Notes: a model not told the origin generated them from the letters alone. A DNA stretch of 64,000 nt from Alphaproteobacteria bacterium (GCA_963422645.2 CAXXVO010000007.1:416001-480000), one strand, 5' to 3'. Shown: positions 50,386 to 63,141, numbered from the stretch's first letter. Numbers and translations are program-made.

Positions 50386-50410
50386 GCGGCCGGCTCGGGC
50401 CGCGACGCGC

Positions 50411-50887
50411 ATGGCGGTCGTCACCGCGGTCCTCGGCACCGTCGAATCCCTGCGCGGCCGCTTCGAGAACGAGGACCCGGTCCTGCTCAACTCGGAGGAG
50501 CGCGCGAGCGCCCACCTCGTGGGCCGCTCAGAAGGCGGGCGCAACGTTCGCATCTCGCTGCCGCGCGGCACCGAGATCAACGACGGCGACGTGCTCACGC
50601 TGGAGGGAACCACGGCCGTGGTGGCGCGCGCGGCGCCGGAGGCGCTCTACGTGGTCAGCCCCGACGACGCCTACACCTGGGGCGTCGCCGGCTACCAGCT
50701 CGGCAATCTGCACCGGCCCGTGCGCTTCACGGACGATGGCATGCTGACGCCGGCCGACCCCATGGTGGCCGATCTTCTCACGCGCCTCGGCATCGCCTTC
50801 GAGGAGCGGACCATGCCCTTCGTCGGCCGCCGCTACGGTGCCCACGGCGCGCACCATCATCTCCACGACCACCACCATGACCACTGA
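50411..50887 (+). CDS. ureE: Urease accessory protein UreE
   Basis: DGDVL, LGNLH, His-rich C-terminus. Confidence 0.88.
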   Translation: MAVVTAVLGTVESLRGRFENEDPVLLNSEERASAHLVGRSEGGRNVRISLPRGTEINDGDVLTLEGTTAVVARAAPEALYVVSPDDAYTWGVAGYQLGNLHRPVRFTDDGMLTPADPMVADLLTRLGIAFEERTMPFVGRRYGAHGAHHHLHDHHHDH

Positions 50888-51575
50888 CGCGCCCGACCGT
50901 CTCCTTTACCTGCTGCAGGTGGCGAACGCCTCGTTCCCGACCGGCGCGTTCAATCACTCCTACGGCTTCGAGACCTGGATCGACTCAGGCGCACTCGACA
51001 ACGCCGCAAGCTTCGAGAGCGCCTGCCGGGACTGGCTCCGCTACGCCGCCGTGCCGACGGACGGGGCCGCCGTCGCCCTCGCCCACCGACACGCCGCCGC
51101 CGGCGATCTCGACGGGCTCGTGGACCTCGACCACATCGTCTGCGCGCTCAAGCTCAGCCGTGAGGCGCGCGAGGCGTCGTTCAAGACCGGCCGCGCGCTG
51201 CTCGGCGCCTACCGCGACATCTTCTCGGCCGATTCCCTCGCTCCCTTCGCCGAGGCGACGCGCGACGGGCGCTGCGAGGGGCATCAGGCGGTCATCTTCG
51301 GCGCGGCGGCTGAGGCGCAGGGTATCGGCGTGGAAGACGCGGTGCTTGCCTTCCTTCACGCGGCGCTCTCCAACCTGGTCAGCGTCGGCGCGCGGCTGAT
51401 CCCCCTCGGCCAAATCGAGAGCCAGCGCATCGTGCGGGAGGCTTGGCCGCTGCTGACCCGAGGGGCCGACCAGGCCTGCGCCATGGAGATCGACACGCTC
51501 GGCAGCGCCACCGCCGGCCTCGATGTCGCCAGCATGCGGCACGAGCGCCTGCACACGCGGCTCTGCATGTCATGA
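50877..51575 (+). CDS. ureF: Urease accessory protein UreF
   Basis: [31 protein letters not shown]. Confidence 0.92.
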   Translation: MTTDAPDRLLYLLQVANASFPTGAFNHSYGFETWIDSGALDNAASFESACRDWLRYAAVPTDGAAVALAHRHAAAGDLDGLVDLDHIVCALKLSREAREASFKTGRALLGAYRDIFSADSLAPFAEATRDGRCEGHQAVIFGAAAEAQGIGVEDAVLAFLHAALSNLVSVGARLIPLGQIESQRIVREAWPLLTRGADQACAMEIDTLGSATAGLDVASMRHERLHTRLCMS

Positions 51576-51612
51576 TAGGTTAGCCACGGAACAGCCGGGG
51601 AGGTCTTGGGGT

Positions 51613-52257
51613 ATGCGCAAGCCGGTCAGGATCGGCATCGGCGGGCCGGTGGGCTCGGGCAAGACGGCGCTGCTGGTGTCGCTCTGCCGCAGCATGGGCG
51701 GGCACCATTCGCTGGCCGCCATCACCAACGACATCTACACCAAGGAAGACGCCGAGTTCGTCGTCAAGTCCGGCGCCATCGCGCCCGAGCGCGTGGCCGG
51801 CGTCGAGACCGGCGGCTGCCCCCACACCGCGATCCGCGAGGATGTCTCGATGAACGCCCACGCCATCGAGGAGATGGCGGCGCTGCATCCCGACCTCGAC
51901 ATCGTCTTCGTCGAGAGCGGCGGCGACAATCTCGCGGCGACCTTCAGCCCCGAGCTGGTGGACAGCTACATTTACGTGATCGACGTGGCGGAGGGCGACA
52001 AGATCCCGCGCAAGGGCGGCCCCGGCATCACCAAGTCGCCGCTGCTGGTCATCAACAAGATCGACCTCGCGCCCTTCGTCGGTGCCGACCTGGGGGTGAT
52101 GGAGCGCGATTCCAAGAAGATGCGGGGCGCGCGGCCCTTCCTCTTCACCAACCTGCGCGCCGGCGACGGCCTTGCCGAGGTGATCGCCTGGATCGAGCGC
52201 GACGTTCTCCTGATGGATGGGCATGACGGAGCCGAGCAGCGCGCCCATTCAGCCTGA
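51613..52257 (+). CDS. ureG: Urease accessory GTPase UreG
   Basis: [26 protein letters not shown]. Confidence 0.96.
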   Translation: MRKPVRIGIGGPVGSGKTALLVSLCRSMGGHHSLAAITNDIYTKEDAEFVVKSGAIAPERVAGVETGGCPHTAIREDVSMNAHAIEEMAALHPDLDIVFVESGGDNLAATFSPELVDSYIYVIDVAEGDKIPRKGGPGITKSPLLVINKIDLAPFVGADLGVMERDSKKMRGARPFLFTNLRAGDGLAEVIAWIERDVLLMDGHDGAEQRAHSA

Positions 52258-53095
52258 TCCCGAATGGATCGTCGGCAAGTACGCGCTGATGAACGTCCGC
52301 GCGATGAGCCGGCTCGGGCGCACGGAAATCGACCCGCTCTGCTGGCGCATCCCCTTCCAATGGCAGGGCTATCACTACCAGGATCACGACGACCAGCCCT
52401 TCATGCTGCTGCTCAACAGCGGCGGCGGCTTCGTCGAGGGCGACGTCTCGCACTTCAATGCCGTGCTGGAGCCCGGCACCCGCGCCCTCTTCACCACCAC
52501 GGCATCGAGCAAGTTCTACAAGTGCCCGGGCGGGGCGATCTCGCGCGAGATCGTGGACCTCCATGTGGGCGAAGACGCGCTGCTGGAGTTCTGCCCGGAC
52601 GAGGCGATCCCCTTTGCCCGCAGCCGGGTGCACCGAATCAACCGCATCGCGCTGGAGCCCTCGTCGCGGCTCTTCGCCACCGACATGGTCTCGGCAGGCC
52701 GGGTGCACTATGGCGACGGCGAGATCTTCCGCTTCCACCGCCTGGTCTCCGAGTTCCGCATCGCCATCGGTGGCCGGCTGGTCGCCCTCGACCGCCTGAT
52801 CGCGACCACGCCCGAGACCATCGCCGCGCTGCAGAGGCTGTGGCAGGAGCGGCTGCACATGGCGATGGCGTTCGCCTACGCGCCGGACCTGGCGCCCGGC
52901 GTCGAGGACGACGTGCACGAGGCGATCGAAGGCGTCGACGGCACCGAGGCGGGCGTCACCCGCATCGGCAACCTGGTGATCGTCCGCATCCTGAGCCACG
53001 AGACCTGGCAGGCCCACGAGACCCTCTTCAACGCGTGGGCCGCGCTCCGCCCCGCCATCGCAGGCAAGAACGCCCGCCCGATACGCAAGTGCTAG
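52217..53095 (+). CDS. ureD: Urease accessory protein UreD
   Basis: [31 protein letters not shown]...GE.F; last gene of the ure cluster. Confidence 0.85.
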   Translation: MGMTEPSSAPIQPDPEWIVGKYALMNVRAMSRLGRTEIDPLCWRIPFQWQGYHYQDHDDQPFMLLLNSGGGFVEGDVSHFNAVLEPGTRALFTTTASSKFYKCPGGAISREIVDLHVGEDALLEFCPDEAIPFARSRVHRINRIALEPSSRLFATDMVSAGRVHYGDGEIFRFHRLVSEFRIAIGGRLVALDRLIATTPETIAALQRLWQERLHMAMAFAYAPDLAPGVEDDVHEAIEGVDGTEAGVTRIGNLVIVRILSHETWQAHETLFNAWAALRPAIAGKNARPIRKC

Positions 53096-53315
53096 CCCCG
53101 ACTTCTCGCCCTTGCGCACCATCCGATCATCCCGGTTCACGGCGACCCGAACGACACCCACCTCCCCATTCACCCTGCCGAACCAATTTCGCAGAGGAAT
53201 CCTATTAGGGGGGAGAGGGACGGGGAGAGGTGAGTGTGCGGCCGTATCGGCACCGGTTGTCAGCGCCCGCGCGCTCTCATAGTCTCCGCGCCAGTCAAGT
53301 GGAGAGGAGGTCGCG

Positions 53316-54221
53316 ATGGCCAAGAAGGAAATCTTCGTCGCAATCGGCGTGGACGTCGATTCGGTGGCGGGGCAGATCGGTTCCTACGCGGGCGGCGATT
53401 CGCCGAGCGACATTTCGCGGGGCGTGTTCGCCTCCGAGGTCGGAACCCCCCGCATGCTCAAGCTCTTCGACCGGGCGGGAATCCAGACCAGCTGGTTCAT
53501 CCCCGGCCACTCGATCGAGACCTTCCCGAGAGAGATGAAGGCGGTCGCGGCGGCAGGGCACGAGATCGGGCTGCACGGCTACACTCACGAGAACCCGATC
53601 TCGATGACGCCAGAGCAGGAGGCGGACGTCCTCGACAAGACCCTCGATCTGGTGACCAAGCTCGCCGGCAAGGCGCCCACGGGCTACGTCGCGCCCTGGT
53701 GGGAGATGAGCCCGTTCACGCCCCACCTCCTGATGGAGCGCGGCATCAAGTACGACCACAGCCAGATGCACAACGACTTCGAGCCCTATTGGATGCGGAT
53801 CAACGAGGAGTGGACGTTGATCGACTATTCCAAGCCGGCGAAGTCGTGGATGAAGCCGATGAAGAAGGGCACCACCTTCCCCATCGTGCAGATCCCCGGC
53901 AGCTGGTACCTCGACGACCTGCCGCCGATGATGTTCATGAAGAAGGTGCCGAACTCCGGCGGCTGGACCAACCCGCGCGATATCGAGGACTGGTGGCGCG
54001 ATCAGTTCGACTGGGTCTATCGGGAGATGGACTACGCGGTCTACACGCTGACCATCCACCCCGACATCTCGGGCCGGCCGCAGACGCTGCTGATGCTGGA
54101 GCGCATCATCGCCCACATCGCCGCCCATGAAGGGGTGACCTGGGCGACCTTCGACGAGATCGCCGACGACTTCATCAAGCGCCGGCCCTTCAAGGGCAAG
54201 AGGGCACCCAAGAAGAAGTAA
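53316..54221 (+). CDS. CE4 polysaccharide deacetylase family, PuuE/HP0310-like
   Basis: [53 protein letters not shown]. Confidence 0.85.
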   Translation: MAKKEIFVAIGVDVDSVAGQIGSYAGGDSPSDISRGVFASEVGTPRMLKLFDRAGIQTSWFIPGHSIETFPREMKAVAAAGHEIGLHGYTHENPISMTPEQEADVLDKTLDLVTKLAGKAPTGYVAPWWEMSPFTPHLLMERGIKYDHSQMHNDFEPYWMRINEEWTLIDYSKPAKSWMKPMKKGTTFPIVQIPGSWYLDDLPPMMFMKKVPNSGGWTNPRDIEDWWRDQFDWVYREMDYAVYTLTIHPDISGRPQTLLMLERIIAHIAAHEGVTWATFDEIADDFIKRRPFKGKRAPKKK

Positions 54222-54235
54222 GCCGCAGGCCCGCG

Positions 54236-54598
54236 ATGTGCGCGCTCTGCGGCGTGCTCACCGACGGCCCGCATTGGACTGAGGCAGGCACCGATGCGGG
54301 CCGGAGCGCCGAGGCGCCCACCGGCCGGGAGCGGCACCTGGAGCGCGCGCGGCGCCTCGCGCTGCTGAACCGCGTGCTGAGCGCTTACGGCTGCACCGCA
54401 GACGACTGGGCCGGCGCGCAATACATGGTGCACCGGCGGAGCGGCGGCGCGACCGAGATGGCGGCCGACCTGCCCACGCTCTGGGCCGCGGTCGAAGGCT
54501 TGGTCGGCTATGCGCCCGATCCGCTAGACCCCGCCCTGGTCGCGCGGCTCGAGGCTGCGCCATCCGCCGGGGGGCGCGCGGCCCGGCGGCGGGCTTGA
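54236..54598 (+). CDS. Small hypothetical protein with N-terminal CxxC
   Basis: MCALCGVL...HW...DPLDP; overlaps or abuts the CobW-like gene. Confidence 0.7.
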   Translation: MCALCGVLTDGPHWTEAGTDAGRSAEAPTGRERHLERARRLALLNRVLSAYGCTADDWAGAQYMVHRRSGGATEMAADLPTLWAAVEGLVGYAPDPLDPALVARLEAAPSAGGRAARRRA

Positions 54599-54603
54599 GG
54601 GCG

Positions 54604-55653
<1,050 letters not shown>

Positions 55654-55663
55654 GGAGAGCATC

Positions 55664-56596
55664 ATGCCCGACAAGATCGCGATCATCGGCGCCGGCCTGG
55701 TGGGCAGCGCCTGGGCGATCGTCTTCGCCCGTGCCGGCCACCGGGTCGCGCTCTACGACGGGACGGAGGGCCAGTGCGAAGCCGCGCTCGCGCGCATCGA
55801 GACCAACCTCGAGGCCCTCGAAGGCCACGGGCTGATCAACGACCCTGCTGCCGCCCGGGCGCGCATCTCGATCGCCGCCGGTCTCGCCGACGCGTTGGAC
55901 GGTGCGGCCTACGCGCAAGAGAGCGTGTTCGAGCGCGCCGACGTGAAGCGCGAGGTCTACGAACAGATCGACGGCATCGCCGGGCCCGAGATTATCTTTG
56001 GCTCGTCGTCTTCAGGGATTCCCGCCTCGACCTTCACAGAAGGCCTGGGCATAGCCCCGCGCTGCCTGATCGCACACCCCATCAACCCACCCTACGTGAT
56101 CCCCCTGGTCGAGATCGTGCCGGCGCCCTGGACCGAGGAGGAGACGGTCACGCGCTGCTGGGCGCTGATGGAAGCCGCCGGCATGGAGCCGGTCAGGCTC
56201 ACGCGGGAGATCGACGGCTTCATCGCCAACCGGCTGCAAGCGGCGCTCCTGTGGGAGGCCTTCCGCCTGCTGGAAGGCGGCTACGCCACGGCGAAGGACA
56301 TCGACACCACGATCTCGGCCGGCCTCGGCCGGCGCTGGTCCTTCATCGGGCCCTTCGAGACCATCGACCTGAACGCGCCGGGCGGCCTCGCCGACTTCTG
56401 TGCGCGCCTGGGCGAGGGCTTCTACGAGTTCGTGAAGCAGGGGGAGCCGGCCCAGCCCTGGTCCGACGCGGTGGTCGCCAAGGCGCACGAGGAGCGCCGG
56501 GGCAGGCTGCCCATGGAGGTTCACGGCGACCGCCAGGCATGGCGCGACCGCCGCCTCATGGGCCTCGCCGCGCACCTCCGCGACGCGGGGGATTAG
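55664..56596 (+). CDS. 3-hydroxyacyl-CoA dehydrogenase family (L-gulonate/carnitine dehydrogenase-like)
   Basis: GAGLVG, QESVFE, SSSSG, HPINPP, GFIANRLQ, GPFE. Confidence 0.88.
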   Translation: MPDKIAIIGAGLVGSAWAIVFARAGHRVALYDGTEGQCEAALARIETNLEALEGHGLINDPAAARARISIAAGLADALDGAAYAQESVFERADVKREVYEQIDGIAGPEIIFGSSSSGIPASTFTEGLGIAPRCLIAHPINPPYVIPLVEIVPAPWTEEETVTRCWALMEAAGMEPVRLTREIDGFIANRLQAALLWEAFRLLEGGYATAKDIDTTISAGLGRRWSFIGPFETIDLNAPGGLADFCARLGEGFYEFVKQGEPAQPWSDAVVAKAHEERRGRLPMEVHGDRQAWRDRRLMGLAAHLRDAGD

Positions 56597-56613
56597 ATCG
56601 GCTTACTCTTTTG

Positions 56614-58499
56614 GTAACTGCCCAGGTCGTCTGATTTGTCATTTTGGGCCAGTGGATTGAGGCGTTTCTCGTTCGGAGTTGGTGGAAAGGGCTTGACGGG
56701 AATTTCGGGAAATGACTCAACAACGACATGAGCAATCCCGAGTCGCCGCGCGGCCCTTCGACGGGAGCAGCGCCCGAAACGCCCGCGCAGAAGATCGCCC
56801 GCCTGGAGGAGGAGAACGCCCGGCTTCGGGAGGAAAATGCCTGGCTTCGGCAGCAGAACGCGCGGCTGGAAGAGCAAGTCGCGCGTCTCGTCGAGCGCAT
56901 CGAGGAGTTGGAGCGCCGTCTCGGCCTCAACAGCGGCAACAGCGGCAAGCCGCCTTCGAGCGATGGGCTGAGGAAGCCGAATTCGAAGCGGCGAACCCGA
57001 AGCCTGCGCGGCAAATCGGGCCGCAAGCCCGGTGGCCAGCCCGGCCACAAGGGCAAGACGCTGCGCCGCGCCGATCACCCGGATCGGGTGAAGGATCACG
57101 TCCCGGCTTCCTGCAAGGGATGCGGTTCGCCGCTTTCGGACGCGGCCAGGGCGGGAACGCCCGTCGCCCGCCAGGTGTTCGATCTGCCCGAGCCGAGCCC
57201 CCTGGAGGTGACCGAGCACCGGGCGCATGCCAAGTGCTGCGGGCATTGCGGGACGGTGACCCGGGCGGCGTTCCCCGACGGGGTGTCGGCGCCGGTGCAG
57301 TACGGCCCGCGCATTGCCGGGGTGGCGGTCTACCTTCAGCACGCTCACTTCCTGCCGGAGGATCGGCTGTCGCAGGTGATGGCCGAGCTCTTCGGCGCGC
57401 CGGTGACGGCTGCGACGTTGGCGACGATGAGCGAGAGGGCGGCCGAGCGGCTGCGGGACGCGGCCTTGCACATACAGGACCTGGCGGCGGGCACGGCGCG
57501 GGTGAAACACATGGACGAGACCGGCTTGCGGATCGGCGGTCAGACGCAGTGGCTTCATGTGATCTGCACGCCGCTGCTGGCGGCGTACCGGGTCAGCGGC
57601 AAGCGCGGCGCCCTGCTCTCGGGTGTCTCCGGCATCGTCGTGCACGATCACTGGAAGCCGTACTTCGCGATGGAAGGGGTGGAGCACGGCCTGTGCAACG
57701 CCCATCACCTGCGGGAGTTGCAGGCGCTGGTGGACATCGAAGGGGAGGCTTGGGCCCGGCGGATGCAGCAGCTCCTGCGCCGAGCCAATCGCGCCGCCCG
57801 CATCGCGCTGGACAAGGATATCGCCGTTCCGGCGAGGCTTGTGGCGCTGATCGAGCGCCGATACGACGAGATCATCGCCGATGCGCTGGCCTTTCACGAG
57901 AGCCAACCACCGTTCTCGCCTGGCAAGAGGAAGAAGCGCCGGAAGCGAAGGATCGGTCACAATCTGGCCTTGAGGCTGCGCGACCACAAATGCGCGGTGC
58001 TCCGGTTCCTGATCGACCTCGAGGTCGGGTTCACGAACAACGAGGCCGAGCGCGACCTTCGGATGATGAAGCTGCGCCAGAAGATCTCCGGGGGCTTCCG
58101 GTCCGCGCAGGGGGCCGAGAACTTCGCCATCCTGCGCAGCGTCATCACCACCGCCAGAAAGCAGGGCTGGAATATCATCGAAGCCCTGACCAGCCCATCG
58201 GATCGGCTCATCGCCACCGTCAAGTGCGCGTAAGCTCACCTGGCACGGGTTCTCCAACAGCGGAGCCATTCTCATAAACGATCATGGTCGACGCCGTGCT
58301 GGACCACCCCATAGAATGAAAATCGGTGCCCGTCGCGCGGGCGGACTTCGGGCCACATCGGGGTAGCTTACCGGTCGCAGTCCGCAAGAGGGGCATCGTG
58401 AGCTGTGAAACCCGGCGACCCCAGAGGAGCACACGGGCGTCGCGTGGGTAGCGTTGTGCCGAATCCCAGAGAATTTTCACAGCAAGAACCTGGGCAGTT
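56614..58499 (+). mobile_element. IS66-family element A (single ORF)
   Basis: IRL GTAACTGCCCAGG at 56614; IRR CCTGGGCAGTT ends at 58499, lacking the terminal AC. Confidence 0.88.
56728..58233 (+). CDS. IS66 transposase
   Basis: NSGKPPSSD, GGQPGHKG, DETG, HDHW, CNAHHLREL, TNNEAERDLR. Confidence 0.95.
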   Translation: MSNPESPRGPSTGAAPETPAQKIARLEEENARLREENAWLRQQNARLEEQVARLVERIEELERRLGLNSGNSGKPPSSDGLRKPNSKRRTRSLRGKSGRKPGGQPGHKGKTLRRADHPDRVKDHVPASCKGCGSPLSDAARAGTPVARQVFDLPEPSPLEVTEHRAHAKCCGHCGTVTRAAFPDGVSAPVQYGPRIAGVAVYLQHAHFLPEDRLSQVMAELFGAPVTAATLATMSERAAERLRDAALHIQDLAAGTARVKHMDETGLRIGGQTQWLHVICTPLLAAYRVSGKRGALLSGVSGIVVHDHWKPYFAMEGVEHGLCNAHHLRELQALVDIEGEAWARRMQQLLRRANRAARIALDKDIAVPARLVALIERRYDEIIADALAFHESQPPFSPGKRKKRRKRRIGHNLALRLRDHKCAVLRFLIDLEVGFTNNEAERDLRMMKLRQKISGGFRSAQGAENFAILRSVITTARKQGWNIIEALTSPSDRLIATVKCA

Positions 58500-58641
58500 G
58501 TAACTACCCAGGTACCCCAATCCTGAGTTGAGGACGGTGATTATGGCGGCGGCCGCGGCCTGGTTCTGCCACCGCGATTGGTTCTTGACCTCATAGAGTT
58601 GCGGGACTATGGACTGCTCTCTCGCGTGACGGGAGCGGTCC

Positions 58642-59307
58642 ATGGGGTATTTCGGCTCGAAGGCGACAGCAGGTCTGTGCCAAGCGCTGATTGCGCTGAT
58701 GCCGCCGCACTCCGTCTACATCGAAAGCCACCTTGGGGGCGGGGCGCTGATGAAGCGCAAGCCGCCGGCCGTGCGTTCGATCGGCATCGACCGCGATGCG
58801 CAGGCGCTCGAGGCCTTCGTCTGCGACTACCCGGTCGATCTGGTTCACGGCTGTGCCCATGACTTCCTGGCCTCGTTCCCGTTCCTGGGCCCGGAGCTGG
58901 TTTACAGCGATCCGCCCTATCTGCACGCGACCCGCCGCTCGGCGCAGCGCTACCGCTTCGAGTACGAGGAGGCCGGCCACGTCGCGCTTCTCGCGCTGCT
59001 CAAGGCTCTGCCCTGCCAGGTCATGATCTCGGGCCATCCGTCGGCGCTCTATGACGAGGTGCTGGCGGGATGGCGCCGGCTGGCGCTGCAGGTCACGACC
59101 CAGGGTCTGGTGCGAACCGAGGTCGTCTGGTTCAACTACGCCCCCGACCGGATGCATTGGGCCAGCCACGCAGGCCGGAACTTCACCGACCGCCAGCGCA
59201 TCAAGCGCAAGGCAGCCAACTGGGGCCGGCGCTACCAGGCCTTGCCGCCGGGCGAACGCCTCGCCGTGCTCGCCGCCATGATGGCCGTCGAGGCCGAAGA
59301 CACGTGA
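58642..59307 (+). CDS. Dam-like (D12 class) N6-adenine DNA methyltransferase
   Basis: YFGSK, YIESHLGGG, YSDPPY, EVVWFNY; GTGA overlap with tnp. Confidence 0.85.
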   Translation: MGYFGSKATAGLCQALIALMPPHSVYIESHLGGGALMKRKPPAVRSIGIDRDAQALEAFVCDYPVDLVHGCAHDFLASFPFLGPELVYSDPPYLHATRRSAQRYRFEYEEAGHVALLALLKALPCQVMISGHPSALYDEVLAGWRRLALQVTTQGLVRTEVVWFNYAPDRMHWASHAGRNFTDRQRIKRKAANWGRRYQALPPGERLAVLAAMMAVEAEDT

Positions 59308-60842
59308 CGGTGTCGCACTGGCACGAAGACCTCGCCGCCCGTAACGAGGCCTTCTGCTGCCTGAAGGAGCTTCTCGAGCCATCATCCCTCGCAACCACTG
59401 TCGTCGTTGCCGTCCGGGAATGGGGGCAGGGGCTGCTGCGATCAGCCACCGCGCTCGCCCGGGAAAATGCCGCACTCGAGCAGGAGAACGCGGCCCTGCG
59501 CGAGCGCATCGCCGAACTCGAGCGCAGCGCGGCCCTCAACAGCACCACAAGCAGCAAGCCCCCCGCCAGCGACGGGCTCAAGAAGAAAAGCGGAGCCCAG
59601 AGGCGCACCCAAAGCCAGCGCGGAAAGTCCGGCGGGCCCAGTGGCGGCCAGCCCGGCCACAAGGGAACCACCCTCGCGCGGAGCGACAGCCCGGACCGTG
59701 TCGTCGATCACCACCCCTCCACCTGTTCCGGCTGTGGCGTCGAGCTCTCGGACGCCGACCGGCAAGGCGCGCCCGCCTGTCGGCAGGTCTTCGACGTACC
59801 CGAGCCGCAGCCTCTCGAGGTCACCGAACACCGCGCCCATCGCTGCCTCTGCGGCGCATGCGGCACGCTGACACGAGCCGCCTTCCCGCCGGGCGTCACC
59901 GCCCCGGTCCAGTACGGCCCTCGCATCACCGCTTGGGTGAGTTACCTGCTGTACGCCCAGTTCGTGCCCGAGAAGCGTCTGGCCGAACTCATGAGCGACA
60001 TCTTCGCGGTGTCCATCTCCACTGCCACGATCGCCGCCATGGGCCGGCGCACAGCGCAGCGCTTCGAGGGCTTCCTCGACCATGTCGCCGATCTGATCCG
60101 CACGCAGGCGCCGGTCAAGCACCTCGACGAGACCGGCCTGCGTATCGCCGCCCGTACCCGCTGGCTCCATGTGCTGTGCACCCCGTTGCTCACCGTCCTG
60201 CGCATCGGCGAGGGACGCGGCGATGTCGAAAAGAACCTGAAAGGCATCCTCGTCCACGACGACTTCGCCCCCTACTTCACCATCAAGGGCGTCCGCCACG
60301 GCGCCTGCAACGCACATCACCTGCGCGAACTCCAGGCCCTGATCGACATCGAGAAGGAGGAATGGGCGGCGAGCATGCACCGCCTGCTTCAGCGCGCGCG
60401 CAGGGCCGCCCGCTTCGCCCGTGAGAAAGACCGTCAAGTCCCCGCCTCCCTGGTGGCCCGCATCTCAAGGGCATGGGACCGTATCCTCGAAGAAGCCATC
60501 GCCTTCCATGAGGCCCAACCGCCGCTCCAGATCGCAAAGCGAGGGCGAAAGAAACGCCGCATCGGCCACAACCTCGCGCGCCGCCTTCAAAAGCATAAGG
60601 AGGGCTGCCTGCGCTTCCTCACCGACCTGCGCACGCCGTTCACGAATAACGAGGCGGAGCGTGACATCCGTATGAACAAAGTGCATGAGAAGATCTCAGG
60701 CGGCTTCCGCTCCCTGCAAGGCGCCTGCAACTTCGCCGGAATGCGCAGCGTCATCGTCACCGCTCGAAAGCAAGGCTGGAACATCCTGCAAATCCTGGCG
60801 CACCCGGAACCGATGCAGCTGATCCCTATACTGCGCTCCTGA
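59304..60842 (+). CDS. IS66 transposase
   Basis: SSKPPASD, GGQPGHKG, DETG, CNAHHLREL, TNNEAERDIR. Confidence 0.94.
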   Translation: MTVSHWHEDLAARNEAFCCLKELLEPSSLATTVVVAVREWGQGLLRSATALARENAALEQENAALRERIAELERSAALNSTTSSKPPASDGLKKKSGAQRRTQSQRGKSGGPSGGQPGHKGTTLARSDSPDRVVDHHPSTCSGCGVELSDADRQGAPACRQVFDVPEPQPLEVTEHRAHRCLCGACGTLTRAAFPPGVTAPVQYGPRITAWVSYLLYAQFVPEKRLAELMSDIFAVSISTATIAAMGRRTAQRFEGFLDHVADLIRTQAPVKHLDETGLRIAARTRWLHVLCTPLLTVLRIGEGRGDVEKNLKGILVHDDFAPYFTIKGVRHGACNAHHLRELQALIDIEKEEWAASMHRLLQRARRAARFAREKDRQVPASLVARISRAWDRILEEAIAFHEAQPPLQIAKRGRKKRRIGHNLARRLQKHKEGCLRFLTDLRTPFTNNEAERDIRMNKVHEKISGGFRSLQGACNFAGMRSVIVTARKQGWNILQILAHPEPMQLIPILRS

Positions 60843-61036
60843 ACTTCTCCGGCTCATCCTGAGTATCGCTGTCCTCTCATCTTGTTCGCGACGCGGCGTT
60901 CATCATCCTCTCGCGCTCAAGAGAGTAGGCACCCCCGCGGCGTGGGGGCGTTGACGCAAAAGGAACTGGCTTGTTCCATAAGAGAGAGGGGGTACCTGGG
61001 CAGTTACGTATTCACTGCACAAGGATCCTTGACTCC

Positions 61037-61481
61037 ATGCACACGAATCTACAGCGCCCGCAACGCCTTTTCGCCCAGCCAGTCCGTTACGAGATGCCCG
61101 CATTTCAGCGCCGTTATGTGTGGGAGCAGGAGGAGCAGTGGGAGCCGTTGTGGAACGACATCGAAGAGCTTGCACAATCGATTCTGGAAGACGGCCAGAT
61201 AGAACCCCACTTCATGGGCGCTGTGGTTCTTCAGCAGATGCAATATCCCGTGGGCACGATTGAGCGCCGTATTGTCGTTGATGGCCAACAGCGGCTGATC
61301 ACTCTTCAACTTCTCATCGATGCGATCCAGGAGGTGCTGGAGGGGCGAGGCCACTCCGATCCGGCCAAGCGTCTTGCGGCTCTCGTAGACAACCAGGAGG
61401 AATTCCGGGACGGCGACGCTGACAACGCCTTCAAGGTATGGCACACGCTCATAGACCGGGATGCGTTTCGGCAAGCGATGA
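61037..61481 (+). pseudogene. DUF262 (GmrSD N-terminal) protein truncated by IS3
   Basis: PAFQRRYVW, HFMGAVV, VVDGQQRL; the IS3 IRR starts at 61482. Confidence 0.85.
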
Positions 61482-61958
61482 TGACCTGCCCCCGTCGACT
61501 GGTCCGGTTTGAATTTTAGTGCATTGACGGTTTCTCGGCCAAGCTGGATGGCCGGCGGAGCGTAGCGGAGCCGGGCGGCCAGCTTGGCATGACGATCGTT
61601 TCCGGGGCCGGCGGCCGGTATCCCAGGCTGCTGTGTGGGCGTATAGCGTTGTAATGGCGCCGCCAAGATTCGATGAGAACCTGGGCTTCCTTCAGGGTAT
61701 AGAAAATCTCCCCGTTCAGGAGCTCGTCGCGCAGCCGCGCATTGAAGCTCTCGATATAGCCGTTCTCCCAAGGAGAACCAGGCTCGATGAAGGCGGTCCG
61801 GGCCCCGACCGCGGCAATCCATCCCCGGACGGCCTCAGCGACAAACTCCGGGCCGTTATCGGAGCGGATATAGGCCGGAATACCGCGCAGGATGAACAGG
61901 TCGGTCAGCGCGTCGATGACATCGGTCGAGGAGAGCTTGCGCCGGACACGGATCGCTA

Positions 61959-63141
61959 GTCACCTGGCACTGAAGCAGGGTTCATTGTAAGGTGGCTCTC
62001 CGGGTCGGACAGAGGAGGTCATCTCGATGGCGCGCGGTACGGGACGGCCGCTGGCGGCCCTGGTCTTGAGCGGTGAGGAGCGGTCGTTTCTGGAAGCGCA
62101 GGTTCGCCGCCACCGTGTGGCGCGCTCCATGTCGGATCGCTGCCGCATGATCCTGCTTTGCGCGGACGGGCTTGGCAACAAGGCGGTGGCCGCAGAGATC
62201 GGCGTGCACGAACACACCGTCGGCAAGTGGCGGAGGCGCTTCGTCAAGGACCGCATCGAGGGTCTGTCGGACGAACCCCGGCCGGGACGGCCGCGGACCA
62301 TCGCGGACGAGAAGGTGGCGCAAGTGATCGAGCGGACGCTCACCTCGACGCCTGCGGACGCCACCCACTGGTCGCTGCGCTCGATGGCGAAGGAGGCGGG
62401 GCTGTCGCACACGTCGATCTGGCGCATCTGGGGCGCCTTCGGCCTGCAGCCCCATCGGGCCGAGACCTTCAAGCTGTCGGCCGATCCGCACTTCGTGGAG
62501 AAGGTCCGCGACATCGTAGGCCTCTACATGTCGCCGCCGGATCGCGCGCTGGTGCTCTGTGTCGACGAAAAGAGCCAGATCCAGGCGCTCGACCGCAGCC
62601 AGCCGGTCCTGCCGATGCTGCCGGGCATCCCTGAGCGGCGCACCCATGACTACAAGCGCAACGGCACGACCTCGCTCTTCGCCGCCCTCGACGTTGCCAC
62701 CGGCTCGGTCATAGGCAAGTGCTATCGCCGCCACCGGGCCAGGGAGTTCCTCGACTTCCTGAAGGTGATCGATCGCAATGTCCCGGACGGACTGGACATC
62801 CACGTCGTCATGGACAACTACGCCACCCACAAGACGGCGGGGGTCAAGGCCTGGCTGGCGCGGCGTCCGCATTGGCACGTCCACTTCACGCCGACATCGG
62901 CGTCGTGGCTCAACCAGGTCGAGCGCTGGTTCGCCGAGCTGACACGCAAGCAGCTGCAACGCGGGGTGCACACATCCACCCGCCAGCTCGAAGCCGACAT
63001 CCACGCCTTCATCGAAACCCACAACGAAAATCCCCGACCCTTCAGGTGGACCAAATCAGCCGACGACATCCTCGCTGCCGTCAAGCGCTTCTGCCTTCGG
63101 GTCGAACAAAACTTATGCCACGAACTTTAGATTCAGGTGAC
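61959..63141 (+). mobile_element. IS630-family element
   Basis: Ends GTCACCTG/CAGGTGAC flanked by duplicated TA (61957-8, 63142-3); removing it restores IS3 orfB ...ESLAI... Confidence 0.95.
62027..63130 (+). CDS. IS630 transposase
   Basis: [34 protein letters not shown]. Confidence 0.96.
   Translation: MARGTGRPLAALVLSGEERSFLEAQVRRHRVARSMSDRCRMILLCADGLGNKAVAAEIGVHEHTVGKWRRRFVKDRIEGLSDEPRPGRPRTIADEKVAQVIERTLTSTPADATHWSLRSMAKEAGLSHTSIWRIWGAFGLQPHRAETFKLSADPHFVEKVRDIVGLYMSPPDRALVLCVDEKSQIQALDRSQPVLPMLPGIPERRTHDYKRNGTTSLFAALDVATGSVIGKCYRRHRAREFLDFLKVIDRNVPDGLDIHVVMDNYATHKTAGVKAWLARRPHWHVHFTPTSASWLNQVERWFAELTRKQLQRGVHTSTRQLEADIHAFIETHNENPRPFRWTKSADDILAAVKRFCLRVEQNLCHEL

Larger units (their letters stand above)
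58500..61007 (+). mobile_element. IS66-family element B carrying a DNA adenine methylase
   Basis: IRL GTAACTACCCAGGTACCCC and IRR GGGGTACCTGGGCAGTTAC match at 18 of 19 positions. Confidence 0.9.

Noticed and set aside
53160-53235. REP-like element or terminator between ureD and the deacetylase
   Set aside because: C-rich and G-rich tracts pair only loosely, there is no U-tract and no second copy in the window.
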